Assembly (NCBI GenBank): GCA_964655115.1
Contig: CAZZKM010000002.1
Span: 14,333-78,332 of the forward strand
Direction: 5' to 3'
DNA: 64,000 nucleotides
DNA from: an uncultured Bifidobacterium sp.
Lineage (GTDB): Bacteria; Actinomycetota; Actinomycetes; S36-B12; UBA5976
Shown: one piece after another, positions 1 through 11,200 of the stretch
Layout: each line of letters begins with the position of its first letter
How positions within the stretch are numbered: the stretch's first letter is position 1
Notes under the pieces: model-generated
Told to the model about the DNA's origin: nothing
Databases searched by the model: none
The model's input: only the letters and a program-made list of their open reading frames with translations
Made by a program: the position numbers and the translations under genes

Positions 1-1446
<1,446 letters not shown>

Positions 1447-1551
1447 ATCCTTTGTGGGATTTGTTAAGTTAAATTCCTCTATAAACGCGCCATTGCGTGA
1501 AGGAACAAGATAAGTTTCGACTACAAAAGTTACAGCATACGAATTATTGTG

Positions 1552-1974
1552 TTACAAGACTGTTAAATCTTGTAACAAATGAGAAGAATATAACGCAGGA
1601 TTTGTCAAACTAGAATTCATAAATACATCAGCAGTTGCCCGATTACAAGCAGTAGGCACATCTTTCAACACTGCAATTCTTAATAAAGCTTTCACATCTG
1701 GATCGTGAGGTTGGGGTTCAAGAGGATCCCAAAAAAATATTAAAAAATCGATTAAACCTTCCACCATCATTGCTCCAATTTGAATATCGCCACCTAAGGG
1801 ACCACTTTCTACGGTGTTTACGTATAAACCTGACTCGTTGCTAATTAGTCGACCAGTTGTTCCAGTGGCATATATTTCAAAAGTGGTAAGGGCTCTTTTA
1901 TTTAAAAATACCCAATCTAATATTTGACTTTTTTTCCCATCATGGGCTATCAAAGCAATGCGTTTTTTCTTCAC
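1552..1974 (-). CDS. mgsA: Methylglyoxal synthase
   Basis: 140 aa. N-terminus KRIALIAHDGKK, then ATGTTG and GPLGGD, which match the MgsA family pattern. Confidence 0.88.
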   Translation of the reverse strand: MKKKRIALIAHDGKKSQILDWVFLNKRALTTFEIYATGTTGRLISNESGLYVNTVESGPLGGDIQIGAMMVEGLIDFLIFFWDPLEPQPHDPDVKALLRIAVLKDVPTACNRATADVFMNSSLTNPALYSSHLLQDLTVL

Positions 1975-2029
1975 AAACTAAAATTACAATAATTGAATCA
2001 ATTATCAGTTAATTTAAAATATCTTTAAT

Positions 2030-3007
2030 CTAAATTTTAAACTTCTTTTCAGTAAACCACACATATTCCATTTTAAATTCTTGACTAATCTCTCTTTTGA
2101 AATTGTTTTTAAAAACTAACAGTTTTTCCTCAAACAACTCGACCAAAACAAATTCAATGAAAATTTTTAATCTTAATGCATATTCTACCGATCTTGAACT
2201 TCTCTTTACAAAATCTTGAACAATTAAAAAAATTAAGGCTGGAAATAAATCTATACTTCTTCTGGCTAACCACTTGAATGCATTTGTAAAAAGCCAAAAA
2301 GCTCTAGATGATTGAGATTCTTCTGTTATAGTTGGCAATTTACTTGATGATCGACGAGGTAAAGATAGTTCTCGTCTTACGATGTCAGAAATTAACTGAT
2401 GACCTATTGCACTGGGATGCATTCGATCAATATGCCAATTCTGTTTGTCATAAATTTTTTGACGCTGAATTGTGTGCACCACAAACGCGTTTGTTTTATT
2501 AGCCGCCCAATCTATGGCGACATTTACCTGTAGCACCCTTTCCATTAAAACCCGTTTTACAGCAGAAGGGGCTGGAGTAATTTGAGATGGGTCGTGAAGG
2601 GCAAGTATGACAACAAAAGTGCCAATTTTTTCAAAATCTTCGATTATCTTTAAAAGATTCAAAGCAACTTTAGTTGCATCAAAATTATTTCGAAGTGCAT
2701 CGTTGCCACCTACGCAGATAAGAGCCAAATCTGGTTGCATTGCTAATGCCGCTGACAATTGCTTTGCTTCTACATCAGATGCACGAGCACCGTTGGTGGC
2801 AAGATTAATGAATCTTTTTGCACCTAAATCATGAGCTAATCTGGCGGCCCATCCGTAACCTTGATCTTGAGAATTCTCCCCAATATCTCCAACTCCATAA
2901 ACGGAACTATCACCTATGGCAACAATTTTTAAATTTTGGGTTAATCTAATCTGAAAGATTCTTTCTTTATTCGTTTTATCTTTTAGAAGTAAATCTGTTG
3001 GCTTCAA
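2030..3007 (-). CDS. SGNH/GDSL-family hydrolase with a ~90-aa hydrophobic/charged C-terminal extension
   Basis: SGNH blocks are visible: GDSSVYG (block I), GGNDA (block III), DRMHPS (block V, DxxH). The C-terminal part has no recognisable domain. Confidence 0.8.
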   Translation of the reverse strand: MKPTDLLLKDKTNKERIFQIRLTQNLKIVAIGDSSVYGVGDIGENSQDQGYGWAARLAHDLGAKRFINLATNGARASDVEAKQLSAALAMQPDLALICVGGNDALRNNFDATKVALNLLKIIEDFEKIGTFVVILALHDPSQITPAPSAVKRVLMERVLQVNVAIDWAANKTNAFVVHTIQRQKIYDKQNWHIDRMHPSAIGHQLISDIVRRELSLPRRSSSKLPTITEESQSSRAFWLFTNAFKWLARRSIDLFPALIFLIVQDFVKRSSRSVEYALRLKIFIEFVLVELFEEKLLVFKNNFKREISQEFKMEYVWFTEKKFKI

Positions 3008-3010
3008 AAT

Positions 3011-4114
3011 TTATCCTTTCGACAGTTGAGATTCATATATGTTTAATAACTTTTGAGAACTTTTTTGCCAAGAATAATTAAGTGAATTTTTCCAAGAATT
3101 CTCTCTATAATTGGGATTCGAGACAATTGACTCAATTGCACCTATCCAGTCATTCACGTCATCACTTACCACGAAACCGCTATCTTTAGCAATAATTTCT
3201 TTTAATGCACTTTTCGCTGAACCAACAACTGGTGTTCCACTTGCTTGAGCTTCTAGTGCTGTTAAACAAAATGTTTCATGTTGACCAGGAGCCAACAAAA
3301 CATCAGAGTTTGCCAAAATGTTCGAAATTTGATTCTTATCACTGACATAGTCCAAAAATTTAATAGAAAAATCTTTATATTTTTTTTGTAAGCCCTTTTT
3401 CATGGGTCCAGAACCAATCACTGTTAGATTTACTCTAGTTTTTGATTTGTTCATGGTCTTTACGACTAAAAAAGCTTTTTCAGGATTTTTTTCTTTTGAT
3501 AATCGACTGCACAAGGTCAAACTGATTAAATCTGGATCAAATTTTCGAGTTCTTTTTTCAGGAGTAAAAATCTCTCGATCAACACCGAGTGGCACTATTT
3601 CTATGCGAGCATTTTGGCAATTTTCGAATTCTTTAGCGGCAAAAGTTGTGGTTGCAATTATGAGATCAACATTTCTTACCAATTTTAAGTTCAGCAAATT
3701 AACGATTGCATTTAACCCTGGAAGTCCGTTGAAAAAAATTTTTGCAACTAAATAGAGTCTTTCGTGGGCAAAAGCGATTGTTTTTATTCCCCTATTTCGA
3801 GCCCATTTGGCAACGGGAATTAGTGTTAATCGGTCATGCATTTCAACTAAATTTGGTTCAAATTTTTTCAACACTTTTTTTACTGCCTTGAGGTTAAGAA
3901 TCAGTCGATAACCGCCACTAAACGGAATCTTAAAACTTTTAATTTTGTGTATTTTGTATATCCCGTTGTCCAAAACTTCATTTTTTGAACCAGGGATAAT
4001 TTGAATGCAAGAAATTCCTTGTTTTGAATACGAGGTTGCAAGTTCATTCATAACAGTTTTTAGTCCACCAGATTTTGGTCCATTAAAATTTGCAATCATC
4101 GCAATTTTCATCAT
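3011..4114 (-). CDS. Glycosyltransferase family 4 (GT-B fold)
   Basis: GT4-like C-terminal half with an E-x7-E motif (ETFCLTALEAQASG). I place the start at ATG 4114, which gives an ATGA overlap with the upstream GT4 stop. The track start at GTG 4126 is the alternative. Confidence 0.8.
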   Translation of the reverse strand: MMKIAMIANFNGPKSGGLKTVMNELATSYSKQGISCIQIIPGSKNEVLDNGIYKIHKIKSFKIPFSGGYRLILNLKAVKKVLKKFEPNLVEMHDRLTLIPVAKWARNRGIKTIAFAHERLYLVAKIFFNGLPGLNAIVNLLNLKLVRNVDLIIATTTFAAKEFENCQNARIEIVPLGVDREIFTPEKRTRKFDPDLISLTLCSRLSKEKNPEKAFLVVKTMNKSKTRVNLTVIGSGPMKKGLQKKYKDFSIKFLDYVSDKNQISNILANSDVLLAPGQHETFCLTALEAQASGTPVVGSAKSALKEIIAKDSGFVVSDDVNDWIGAIESIVSNPNYRENSWKNSLNYSWQKSSQKLLNIYESQLSKG

Positions 4115-5238
4115 GAGACTGCACACAATTGACTTTTTGAATTTAAAACTTCAAAATAATAATTCAACAACGACAGGCATTTTGAATCCCAAGTATTATC
4201 AATAACTAAAGCTCTATTACTTTTTGAAATTGACTCTAAATATTCTGGATAATTAATAAATGTGGTGAGTAATTTATTGATTTCAAAACTTCTAGTTGAA
4301 TCATAAATCATTCCTGATTGACCATGAATTATTAATTCTTTTGTTGCACCCTGGCTAGGTGCAAAAACATATAGTCCTGCGGCCAAAGCCTCTTGAGCAA
4401 CCTGACAGAAAGTTTCATTTTCACCTGTGGCAAACAAAACGTCTAACGATGCATAAGCTTTGGATAACTCAGTGCCATTTAAACGACCTGTAAATATAGC
4501 ACGGGGAAATTTTTTTTCAAGTTTATTTTTATCTGGTCCATCCCCAACAATTACAATTTGAATCTGTTCATCATCATGAATCAAAGATAAATTCTCTATA
4601 TTTTTTTCAGGCGCTAATCTGCCAATGAATCCTACAAATAATTTTGCATGTGGGTTCCAAGTTTTTCGAAGTGCTAGATCTTTAAATTTAGGGTTGAAGT
4701 TTTCAATATCAACACCCCTTCCCCAGATTTCTAGATTTCTCACTCCCAGCTCAAACAATTTTTCCCAAGCCCATTGAGATGGAACTAGATTTAAATCTGC
4801 TAATTGATGAATCTTTTTGATCCAATAGTCAGATAATTTATTTAGACCACCCAATCCATAAAATTTTGAAAAACCTGAAACATCAGTTTGATAAACAGCA
4901 ACACTTGGAATAGATAGTTTACGAGCTAACTTAAGAGCGTAATAGCCTAGGACAAATGGCGAGGCTACATGAACTACATCAAAATTAGTTGATTTAAAAA
5001 TTTGTTCTAATTTTTTATTAGGAAAAATAGGCAAATCATAATCACTTATTTTTGGAATCTCAATTGAATTTAATCTAATGATTTCGTAAGGCTTGTTGTA
5101 GAGGATATTGGTTTTACCAGCCGCGATTACTGTGACTTCGTGGCCATTATTTACCAAAAACTGGGCTATACGATCAATGGAATTACTTACGCCATTTACT
5201 CTTGGTAAAAACGATTCCCCAATAATCCCAATTTTCAC
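4111..5238 (-). CDS. Glycosyltransferase family 4, MgtA/PimB-like (alpha-mannosyltransferase-like)
   Basis: N-terminus MKIGIIGESFLPRVNGVSNSI...GHEVTVIA resembles actinobacterial MgtA-type GT4 enzymes (from memory). ETFCQVAQEALAAG is an E-x7-E motif. Confidence 0.78.
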   Translation of the reverse strand: MKIGIIGESFLPRVNGVSNSIDRIAQFLVNNGHEVTVIAAGKTNILYNKPYEIIRLNSIEIPKISDYDLPIFPNKKLEQIFKSTNFDVVHVASPFVLGYYALKLARKLSIPSVAVYQTDVSGFSKFYGLGGLNKLSDYWIKKIHQLADLNLVPSQWAWEKLFELGVRNLEIWGRGVDIENFNPKFKDLALRKTWNPHAKLFVGFIGRLAPEKNIENLSLIHDDEQIQIVIVGDGPDKNKLEKKFPRAIFTGRLNGTELSKAYASLDVLFATGENETFCQVAQEALAAGLYVFAPSQGATKELIIHGQSGMIYDSTRSFEINKLLTTFINYPEYLESISKSNRALVIDNTWDSKCLSLLNYYFEVLNSKSQLCAVS

Positions 5239-5358
5239 ACTCCAATTAACTCAACTCAAAATTAACTGACTGTTAATTGAAGTTAAGTGTTGATTAATTA
5301 TTAATGAAATCATTAATTTGTAGGGTCTGACTTGCCTTTTCAATGAAAAAATTCATGT

Positions 5359-6039
5359 ATGACAGTAGCATTTTTTGACTTAGATAATACTTTGGTCAAA
5401 GGCTCTTCCCTTTTTTATTTTGCAAAATATTTAGTAAAAAATGAAATTCTCACAAAAAAAGAACTAGCAAAATTTGCCACCGCTCAGGCAAGATTCATAA
5501 GTTCAAGAACCGAGGATCCCAAAATTCAAAATGAAATTAAATCGAAAGCTCTTGAAATTGTGAAAGGTAAATCTCAAGATGAAATACTAAGACTTTGCGA
5601 AAATTCATTGGCAGAAAATCTCTATGAATCGTTATATCCCGAAGTTTTACAATTTTTACATTGGCATCAAGAAAGAGGACATTTAACTTGGATCGTCACA
5701 GCAAGTCCCGTTGAGATTGCCAGTGGTATAGCGAAGAAATTAAATATGACTGGAGCTCTTGGAACCATCTCTGAGGTAAAAGATCGACAATATACAGGAA
5801 AACTATTGACCGAAATTTTGCACGGAAAAAATAAAGCAGATGCTATTAAAACCCTTGCTAAATCGATGTCTTTAAATTTGGATAATGCATTTGCATATAG
5901 TGATTCTTTAAATGATTTACCACTTTTATGCTCTGTAGGAACTCCTGTAGTTGTAAATCCGAATAAAGAACTAAAAAGAATCGCGAGAAAAAACAAATGG
6001 CAAGAAATAGAAACCCAAAATAGGGACAAAGTAGCGTAG
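5359..6039 (+). CDS. HAD-superfamily hydrolase, subfamily IB (SerB-like phosphatase)
   Basis: DxDxT motif at the N-terminus (FFDLDNTLV), then TASP and GKNKA...YSDSLNDLPLL motifs typical of HAD-IB. Confidence 0.8.
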   Translation: MTVAFFDLDNTLVKGSSLFYFAKYLVKNEILTKKELAKFATAQARFISSRTEDPKIQNEIKSKALEIVKGKSQDEILRLCENSLAENLYESLYPEVLQFLHWHQERGHLTWIVTASPVEIASGIAKKLNMTGALGTISEVKDRQYTGKLLTEILHGKNKADAIKTLAKSMSLNLDNAFAYSDSLNDLPLLCSVGTPVVVNPNKELKRIARKNKWQEIETQNRDKVA

Positions 6040-6052
6040 ACTTTTCCTTACT

Positions 6053-6796
6053 ATGGTTTATGAATATTTATTCTTAGCAGGCTTATCTTTCCTAGCTGGT
6101 GGTCTTACTCTTTTCACAGGTTTTGGACTAGCTACATTATTGTTGCCGGTTTTTTCCCTGTTTCTGCCTATCCCCATTGCAATTGCATCCACAGCAGTAG
6201 TACATCTAATAAATAATTTATACAAAGTATTTATATTTTTTAAAAATATTAATTGGCAAATTGTAGTTAGATTCGGGATCAACGCAGCGATAGCAGCAGT
6301 AATATGATCTCTAACTCTTAATTTTTTGTCCAACCAAAATGAGAATTTAAAAATAATAATTGGGGTGATCATAATTCTTATAGCCTTAATTGAAATATCT
6401 CCTTTAAAGCAAATTCAAATTAAACCAAAATACATTCCTTTAGGAGGACTTCTTTCTGGATTTTTTGGTGGTTTTAGTGGACACCAAGGAATGTTTCGAT
6501 CAATCTTTTTAGTCAAAACTGGTTTAGATACCACAAAATTTATAGCAACAGGTGTTGCAATTGCTGTTCTGGTAGATGTAACAAGACTTATAGTTTATGG
6601 AAGTACAATTTTTGATTCTTCACTTCAAAATTTTCAACAATATTTATTTCCAATTTTTATCTCTACTTTGAGTGCAATTTTTGGAGTTTGGATGGCAACC
6701 GATTTAGTTGTCAAAATGAACATAAAAATTATTACAAATTTCATAGCAGGCCTTATGATAGTTATAGGTTTATTACTTATTTTTCAAGTAATTTAA
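6053..6796 (+). pseudogene. TauE/SafE (DUF81) family anion exporter interrupted by a single in-frame TGA at 6305-6307
   Basis: Track ORFs 6053-6307 and 6326-6796 are in the same frame (both start at positions equal to 2 mod 3). Together they give about 247 aa of Gly-rich TM helices typical of TauE. Reading through gives ...AAIAAVI*SLTLNFL... Confidence 0.7.
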
Positions 6797-7320
6797 TCTT
6801 TATAATCATTTGGTAGTGATTTAGAAGTTTCTTCTGGAATACTTAATCTTTCTAAATAATCTTTTAAATTTGGATAATCTTTAACTAAATCTTTAAAGTG
6901 ACCACCTTCAAAAGAATTTGCACTAAAACCTGGAGCCATAGTGCAGCCAAATAATCCCCAATCTCCCCCCGGCACAATTTCTCCTGCTTGCCAAACCCCT
7001 TTGGGAACTACAAATTGAATTAATTCACCATTCTTAAAATCACTTCCTAAGATAACTATTTTGGTTTCTTTATTGGGATAAAGAAGAATTAATCTTATGG
7101 GATCACCTGAATAAAAATGCCAAACTTCATCTGACGTCAATTTATGAAATAGTGAACAACTTCTAGGTTCATCGGAATAAAGTCCAAGAATTGCTGTTCC
7201 ATCGGGCCCCCCAGTTGCATGTATTGAACTACTTTCATATGTCTTAGAAAAATAAGTTCCTTCTATGGGAAGAATTGTCATTTTAAAATGTTCAATAACT
7301 TCTTTAGTCGAAATCTTCAA
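6793..7320 (-). CDS. Cupin-fold protein (DUF985-like)
   Basis: 175 aa. The N-terminal ...LPIEGTYFSKTYES... and the later beta-rich region resemble the DUF985 cupin family. 4-nt overlap with the ftsY stop. Confidence 0.65.
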   Translation of the reverse strand: MKISTKEVIEHFKMTILPIEGTYFSKTYESSSIHATGGPDGTAILGLYSDEPRSCSLFHKLTSDEVWHFYSGDPIRLILLYPNKETKIVILGSDFKNGELIQFVVPKGVWQAGEIVPGGDWGLFGCTMAPGFSANSFEGGHFKDLVKDYPNLKDYLERLSIPEETSKSLPNDYKD

Positions 7321-8222
7321 TTCAACAATCCTTCAACAAAATCATTTGCATCAAACTCAACTAAAGCATCAATTGATTCACCAATTCCTACGAACTTAAC
7401 GGGAACGTTTAACTCTTTTTGTACTGCAATAACTATTCCACCCTTGGCCGTCCCATCTAATTTGGTTAAAACTATTCCTGTCACATCAACTGCTTCTGTA
7501 AATACTCGTGCTTGGATTAATCCATTTTGACCAGTTGTGGCATCAATAACTAACAGAATTTCTGTAACTGTGGCATGTTTTTCAATAACTCTTTTAACTT
7601 TTCCTAATTCATCCATGAGTGCATTTTTGGTGTGTAATCTTCCTGCAGTATCAATCAAAACCACATCTGCTGATACTGATAAACCTTTTTGAACTGCGTT
7701 GAATGCAACTGTGGCAGGTTCTGAATTTTCTTCACCCACTACTACTTCGACATTACTTTTTTGTCCCCAAGTTTGTAATTGCTGACTTGCTGCTGCTCTG
7801 AATGTGTCTGCAGCACCTAAAACACATTTCTTACCTTGTTTAGTCAATAAATTTGTTAATTTTCCAACGGAAGTAGTTTTACCTGTGCCATTTATTCCAA
7901 CCATCATTATTACCGATGGTTTTGCATTTAATTTCAGATCTCGATTAGTTGATTCTAAGGATTTTATTAATTGATCTTTTAAAACATTTTTACCATCTTC
8001 AGCAGTATGTGCTGTTTTTAAGACTGCGTTCTGCTTCAGATCAGAAATTATTTCTTTAGTAGTTTTTACTCCTACATCAGCCAAAATCAATGTATCTTCA
8101 ATTTCTTGCCAAGCTTTTTCATCTAAATTGGACTTAGAGAAGATGTTTAACAAACTACTTCCAAAATTAGATTTTGTTTTAATTACATTTTCTTGCTTTT
8201 TATTTCTAGAAAATATACCCAT
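7317..8222 (-). CDS. ftsY: Signal recognition particle receptor FtsY
   Basis: SRP GTPase motifs GINGTGKTTS, DTAGR and TKLDGTAKGG. Synteny with smc. Confidence 0.95.
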   Translation of the reverse strand: MGIFSRNKKQENVIKTKSNFGSSLLNIFSKSNLDEKAWQEIEDTLILADVGVKTTKEIISDLKQNAVLKTAHTAEDGKNVLKDQLIKSLESTNRDLKLNAKPSVIMMVGINGTGKTTSVGKLTNLLTKQGKKCVLGAADTFRAAASQQLQTWGQKSNVEVVVGEENSEPATVAFNAVQKGLSVSADVVLIDTAGRLHTKNALMDELGKVKRVIEKHATVTEILLVIDATTGQNGLIQARVFTEAVDVTGIVLTKLDGTAKGGIVIAVQKELNVPVKFVGIGESIDALVEFDANDFVEGLLN

Positions 8223-8235
8223 GAAAAAAGATTAG

Positions 8236-11200
8236 TTAAGCAGGTTGATTTTCGCGAACTTCACGAAGACGTTGGCTAACCACTGTAGAAATACCATCGC
8301 CTCTCATTGAAATTCCATATAGAGCATCACAGATTTCCATGGTTCTCTTTTGATGTGTAATAACAATCAATTGAGAATTTTCTCTTAGTTCTTCATACAA
8401 AACTAATAATCTACCAAGGTTGGCATCATCCAATGCAGCTTCAACCTCATCCAATATATAGAAAGGTGAAGGCCTTGCTTTAAATAAAGCAACTAAGAAT
8501 GCCACTGCAGCTAATGATTTTTCACCACCAGAAAGTAGTGAAAGTTTTAAGTAACGCTTACCAGCTGGTTTTACTTCAATATCAATGCCAGTGGTGAGCA
8601 TGTTGTCTGGTTCAGTTAAAGACAAACGACCTTCTCCACCAGGAAATAGTCGTGGTAGAACTTTTTCAAATTCCACAGAAACATCTTTGTATGCTTCGTT
8701 AAATACTTGTTGAACTCTTTCTTCAACTTCTGCAATAACAGCTAAAAGATCTTTTCTAGTCTTTTTAACATCTTCAAGTTGTTCGGTTAAGAATTGATTT
8801 CTTTCTTCTAAGGCTTGGAATTCTTCGAGTGCTAGTGGATTAATTCTTCCTAATAATGAAAGTTTCTTTTCTGCATCTAGCGCTCTTTTTTCTTGCTTTT
8901 CTCTCACATATGGTTCTGGATCTTTTGGTGTAGGGACTGGGTCTTCAGGGTTTGCATCCTCATCAATATGAACTATTTGAGGCACTAATTGATCTGGGCC
9001 ATATTCACGAAGCAAAGATTCAGAGTCAATTCCATAATCTTCTAAAGCTTTAATTTCCATTTGTTCAATACGAAGTCTTTGTTCCATTCTTGCCACTTCG
9101 TCTCTATGAACTGTGTCTACAAGTCTTTCCAATTCACTTGCTAAATCTCTTAAGGCATGTCTTACCTGTTGTACTTCTTGTTCCATTGCCTGTTGATGAC
9201 TGGTGGCTTCATCTCTTTCTTTCTCAGCAATTAAAAGAGAATTTTCCAAATAAGACATGGCAGTTTCTACACCTTGAAATACTGCATTGGCAATGTATGC
9301 CTCGCGACGTCTTTGCTCTCTTCTTTCTAAAGCTTTTGAACGGGCAATTCTTTCACTTTGGGCTGTTTTTTCTAATTGTTCTGCTCTTTGCACAACTGCT
9401 GCTAGACGCTCTTCTGCAGTTCTCATTGCAAGACGTGCATCAACTTCGGCAGCTCTGGTGGTTTCCAAAAGATTTGTTAAGCGAATTAATTCAGCAGCAT
9501 CTACTGATGCTTCTTCAACAGGTTCTGTGTCTGACTCATTTAGTCTTAACTCAAGTTCTCTTAAGACTCGTTCATCATCTGCTCGTGCAGTATGACTTGC
9601 TCTTAATAAAGAATCTAATCTTTCAGCTTCTGCCTGAGAGGAACGTGATTGTTCTCCAAGTGCGGCCAATTTCTCAGCAATTGCAGCTAATTCTGCATCT
9701 GATTCATATAGAAGGGCAAGAGCAGCATCTACTTTTTCTTGTGCTCTTTTTTGTTCTTCTTTTGCAGTTTGTAATTCAAACTTTAATTGATCAGCAACCA
9801 TACTTGCTTGGTCTTTTTCTTGAATTGCTTTTTCCACATTTGCTTTTGCTTCAATTCGAGAACGTGAATTTATAGTTCCACCAATTACGTAATAAGTGGT
9901 TACTTTGTCGCCATCTCTGGTAACTGCAGTTAATCTTGGTTGCAACTTAATTGCTTCTAGACCTTCTTCTAATGTTTCAACTACAACTGTGTCCTTTAAC
10001 AATTTCTTTAATGCATTTTGTAATTCATATGGTGCATTCACTAATTCGATTGCATTTCTAGTAAATGGTGGTACGGCAGGTGAATTATTTTGTTCATATT
10101 GAGTATCAGCTAATAAGACTGCTGCTCTTCCAGATTTACTATTTTTTAATTTATTAACTGCTCTTATTGCATCACTTACAGACTTAGCAGCAATTGCATT
10201 TGCTGCATCTCCTAATGCAACTGCAATTGCAGTTTCCCAACCATTTTCAATTCTTAACAAAGTTGCTAAAGAGCCAATTAGTGAATCATCACCAGAATTT
10301 AATAAAGTTTCTCCACCATCAATTTCTTCTAGTAAAGATTGTTCCAAAGCTTCTGCTCTGGCATTAAGTGCAGCTTTAGTTCTGGATGCTTCTTGTGTTT
10401 TAGTTTCTAATTCAGAAACTTTTTCTTGAGCAAGTTGTAATTCTTTAGCAACTTGTTCATATTGAGTATCGAGTCCTTTTTCTCCAGCATTTAATCCAGC
10501 AATTTGAGATTCAAGTGTTAAATATTCACTTTTTGCTTTTTCAGCTCTTTCTCTTGCTTCTCTTACTTCAACTTCTAATCTGGTTGCTTCACTTGCTCTT
10601 GCTTCAATTCTTGATTTAGCAGCATTTACTTGACCAACAAGTCTTGCTAATTCTTCTCTTTTATCAGCGGCTGATTTAATTGCATTGTTGTGACGGGCTT
10701 GCTCTGTTTGGAACAGTTGTTCAGTTGCAGTTCTTTCTCCAGTTGATTTGTGTAAAAAGTTTCTTGCAGTTTCAACATCTTTTTGTAATTCATATGAGTT
10801 TTCTCGAACTTGTTTTGCTTCTTTTTCTAAAGCTTCAGGATCAGCACCTGTGGTTTGTTCTTGAATTTCTTCTTCAACAAGTTTTGCTCTCTCAACTGCT
10901 AAAGATCGGGTGCCAAAAAATCTTTCTCTTAGTGAAGCTAATTTAAACCAAGTTTGTTGAGCAGTTTGAACTCTTGGAGTTGCTTCTAGTAATAATCTTT
11001 CTAATTCTGATTCTCTTAATTTTTTTTCATTAATTTGTGATTCAACTACTGCTTGTTTTTCACGCAAAATTGTTTCATCAGCGACTTCTTTCATCATGAT
11101 TTCTCGCATTTGAGTTAAATCATCAGCAAGAATTCTTAACTTCGCATCTCTTAATTCTGCTTGAATTGTTTGTGCTTTTCTTGCCACATCTGCTTGTCTA

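Noticed and set aside
1514-1533. Possible GlnR box upstream of amt (minus strand GTAAC-N10-GAAAC).
   Set aside because: The half-sites resemble the actinobacterial GlnR a/b sites (gTnAc / GaAAc). The spacing is 10 nt, however, rather than the 6 nt of the published consensus as I remember it, and no second pair is evident. This is too weak to call.
6305-6307. The in-frame TGA in the TauE gene as selenocysteine, or as TGA=Gly recoding (genetic code 25).
   Set aside because: TGA is used as an ordinary stop elsewhere in the window (amt, plsC, the upstream GT4). I see no obvious stem-loop immediately downstream that would serve as a SECIS. TauE proteins are not known selenoproteins. A nonsense mutation or a sequence error is simpler.
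6058-6372. 104-aa minus-strand ORF bridging the TauE stop codon.
   Set aside because: It is antisense to the TauE reading frame, whose two halves show consistent TM-helix character. The antisense translation has no recognisable features.
9090-10946. Long plus-strand ORFs inside smc (for example 9090-9875, 261 aa; also 9287-9595, 9896-10102, 10680-10946).
   Set aside because: They are antisense to a well-supported 1193-aa SMC gene. Their translations are low-complexity L/Q/H/F-rich strings, the mirror image of coiled-coil Glu/Lys/Ala codons, and they have no motifs. The same reasoning applies to the other short ORFs nested antisense in amt, recG, leuC, ilvD, gatA/B, atpA and others.
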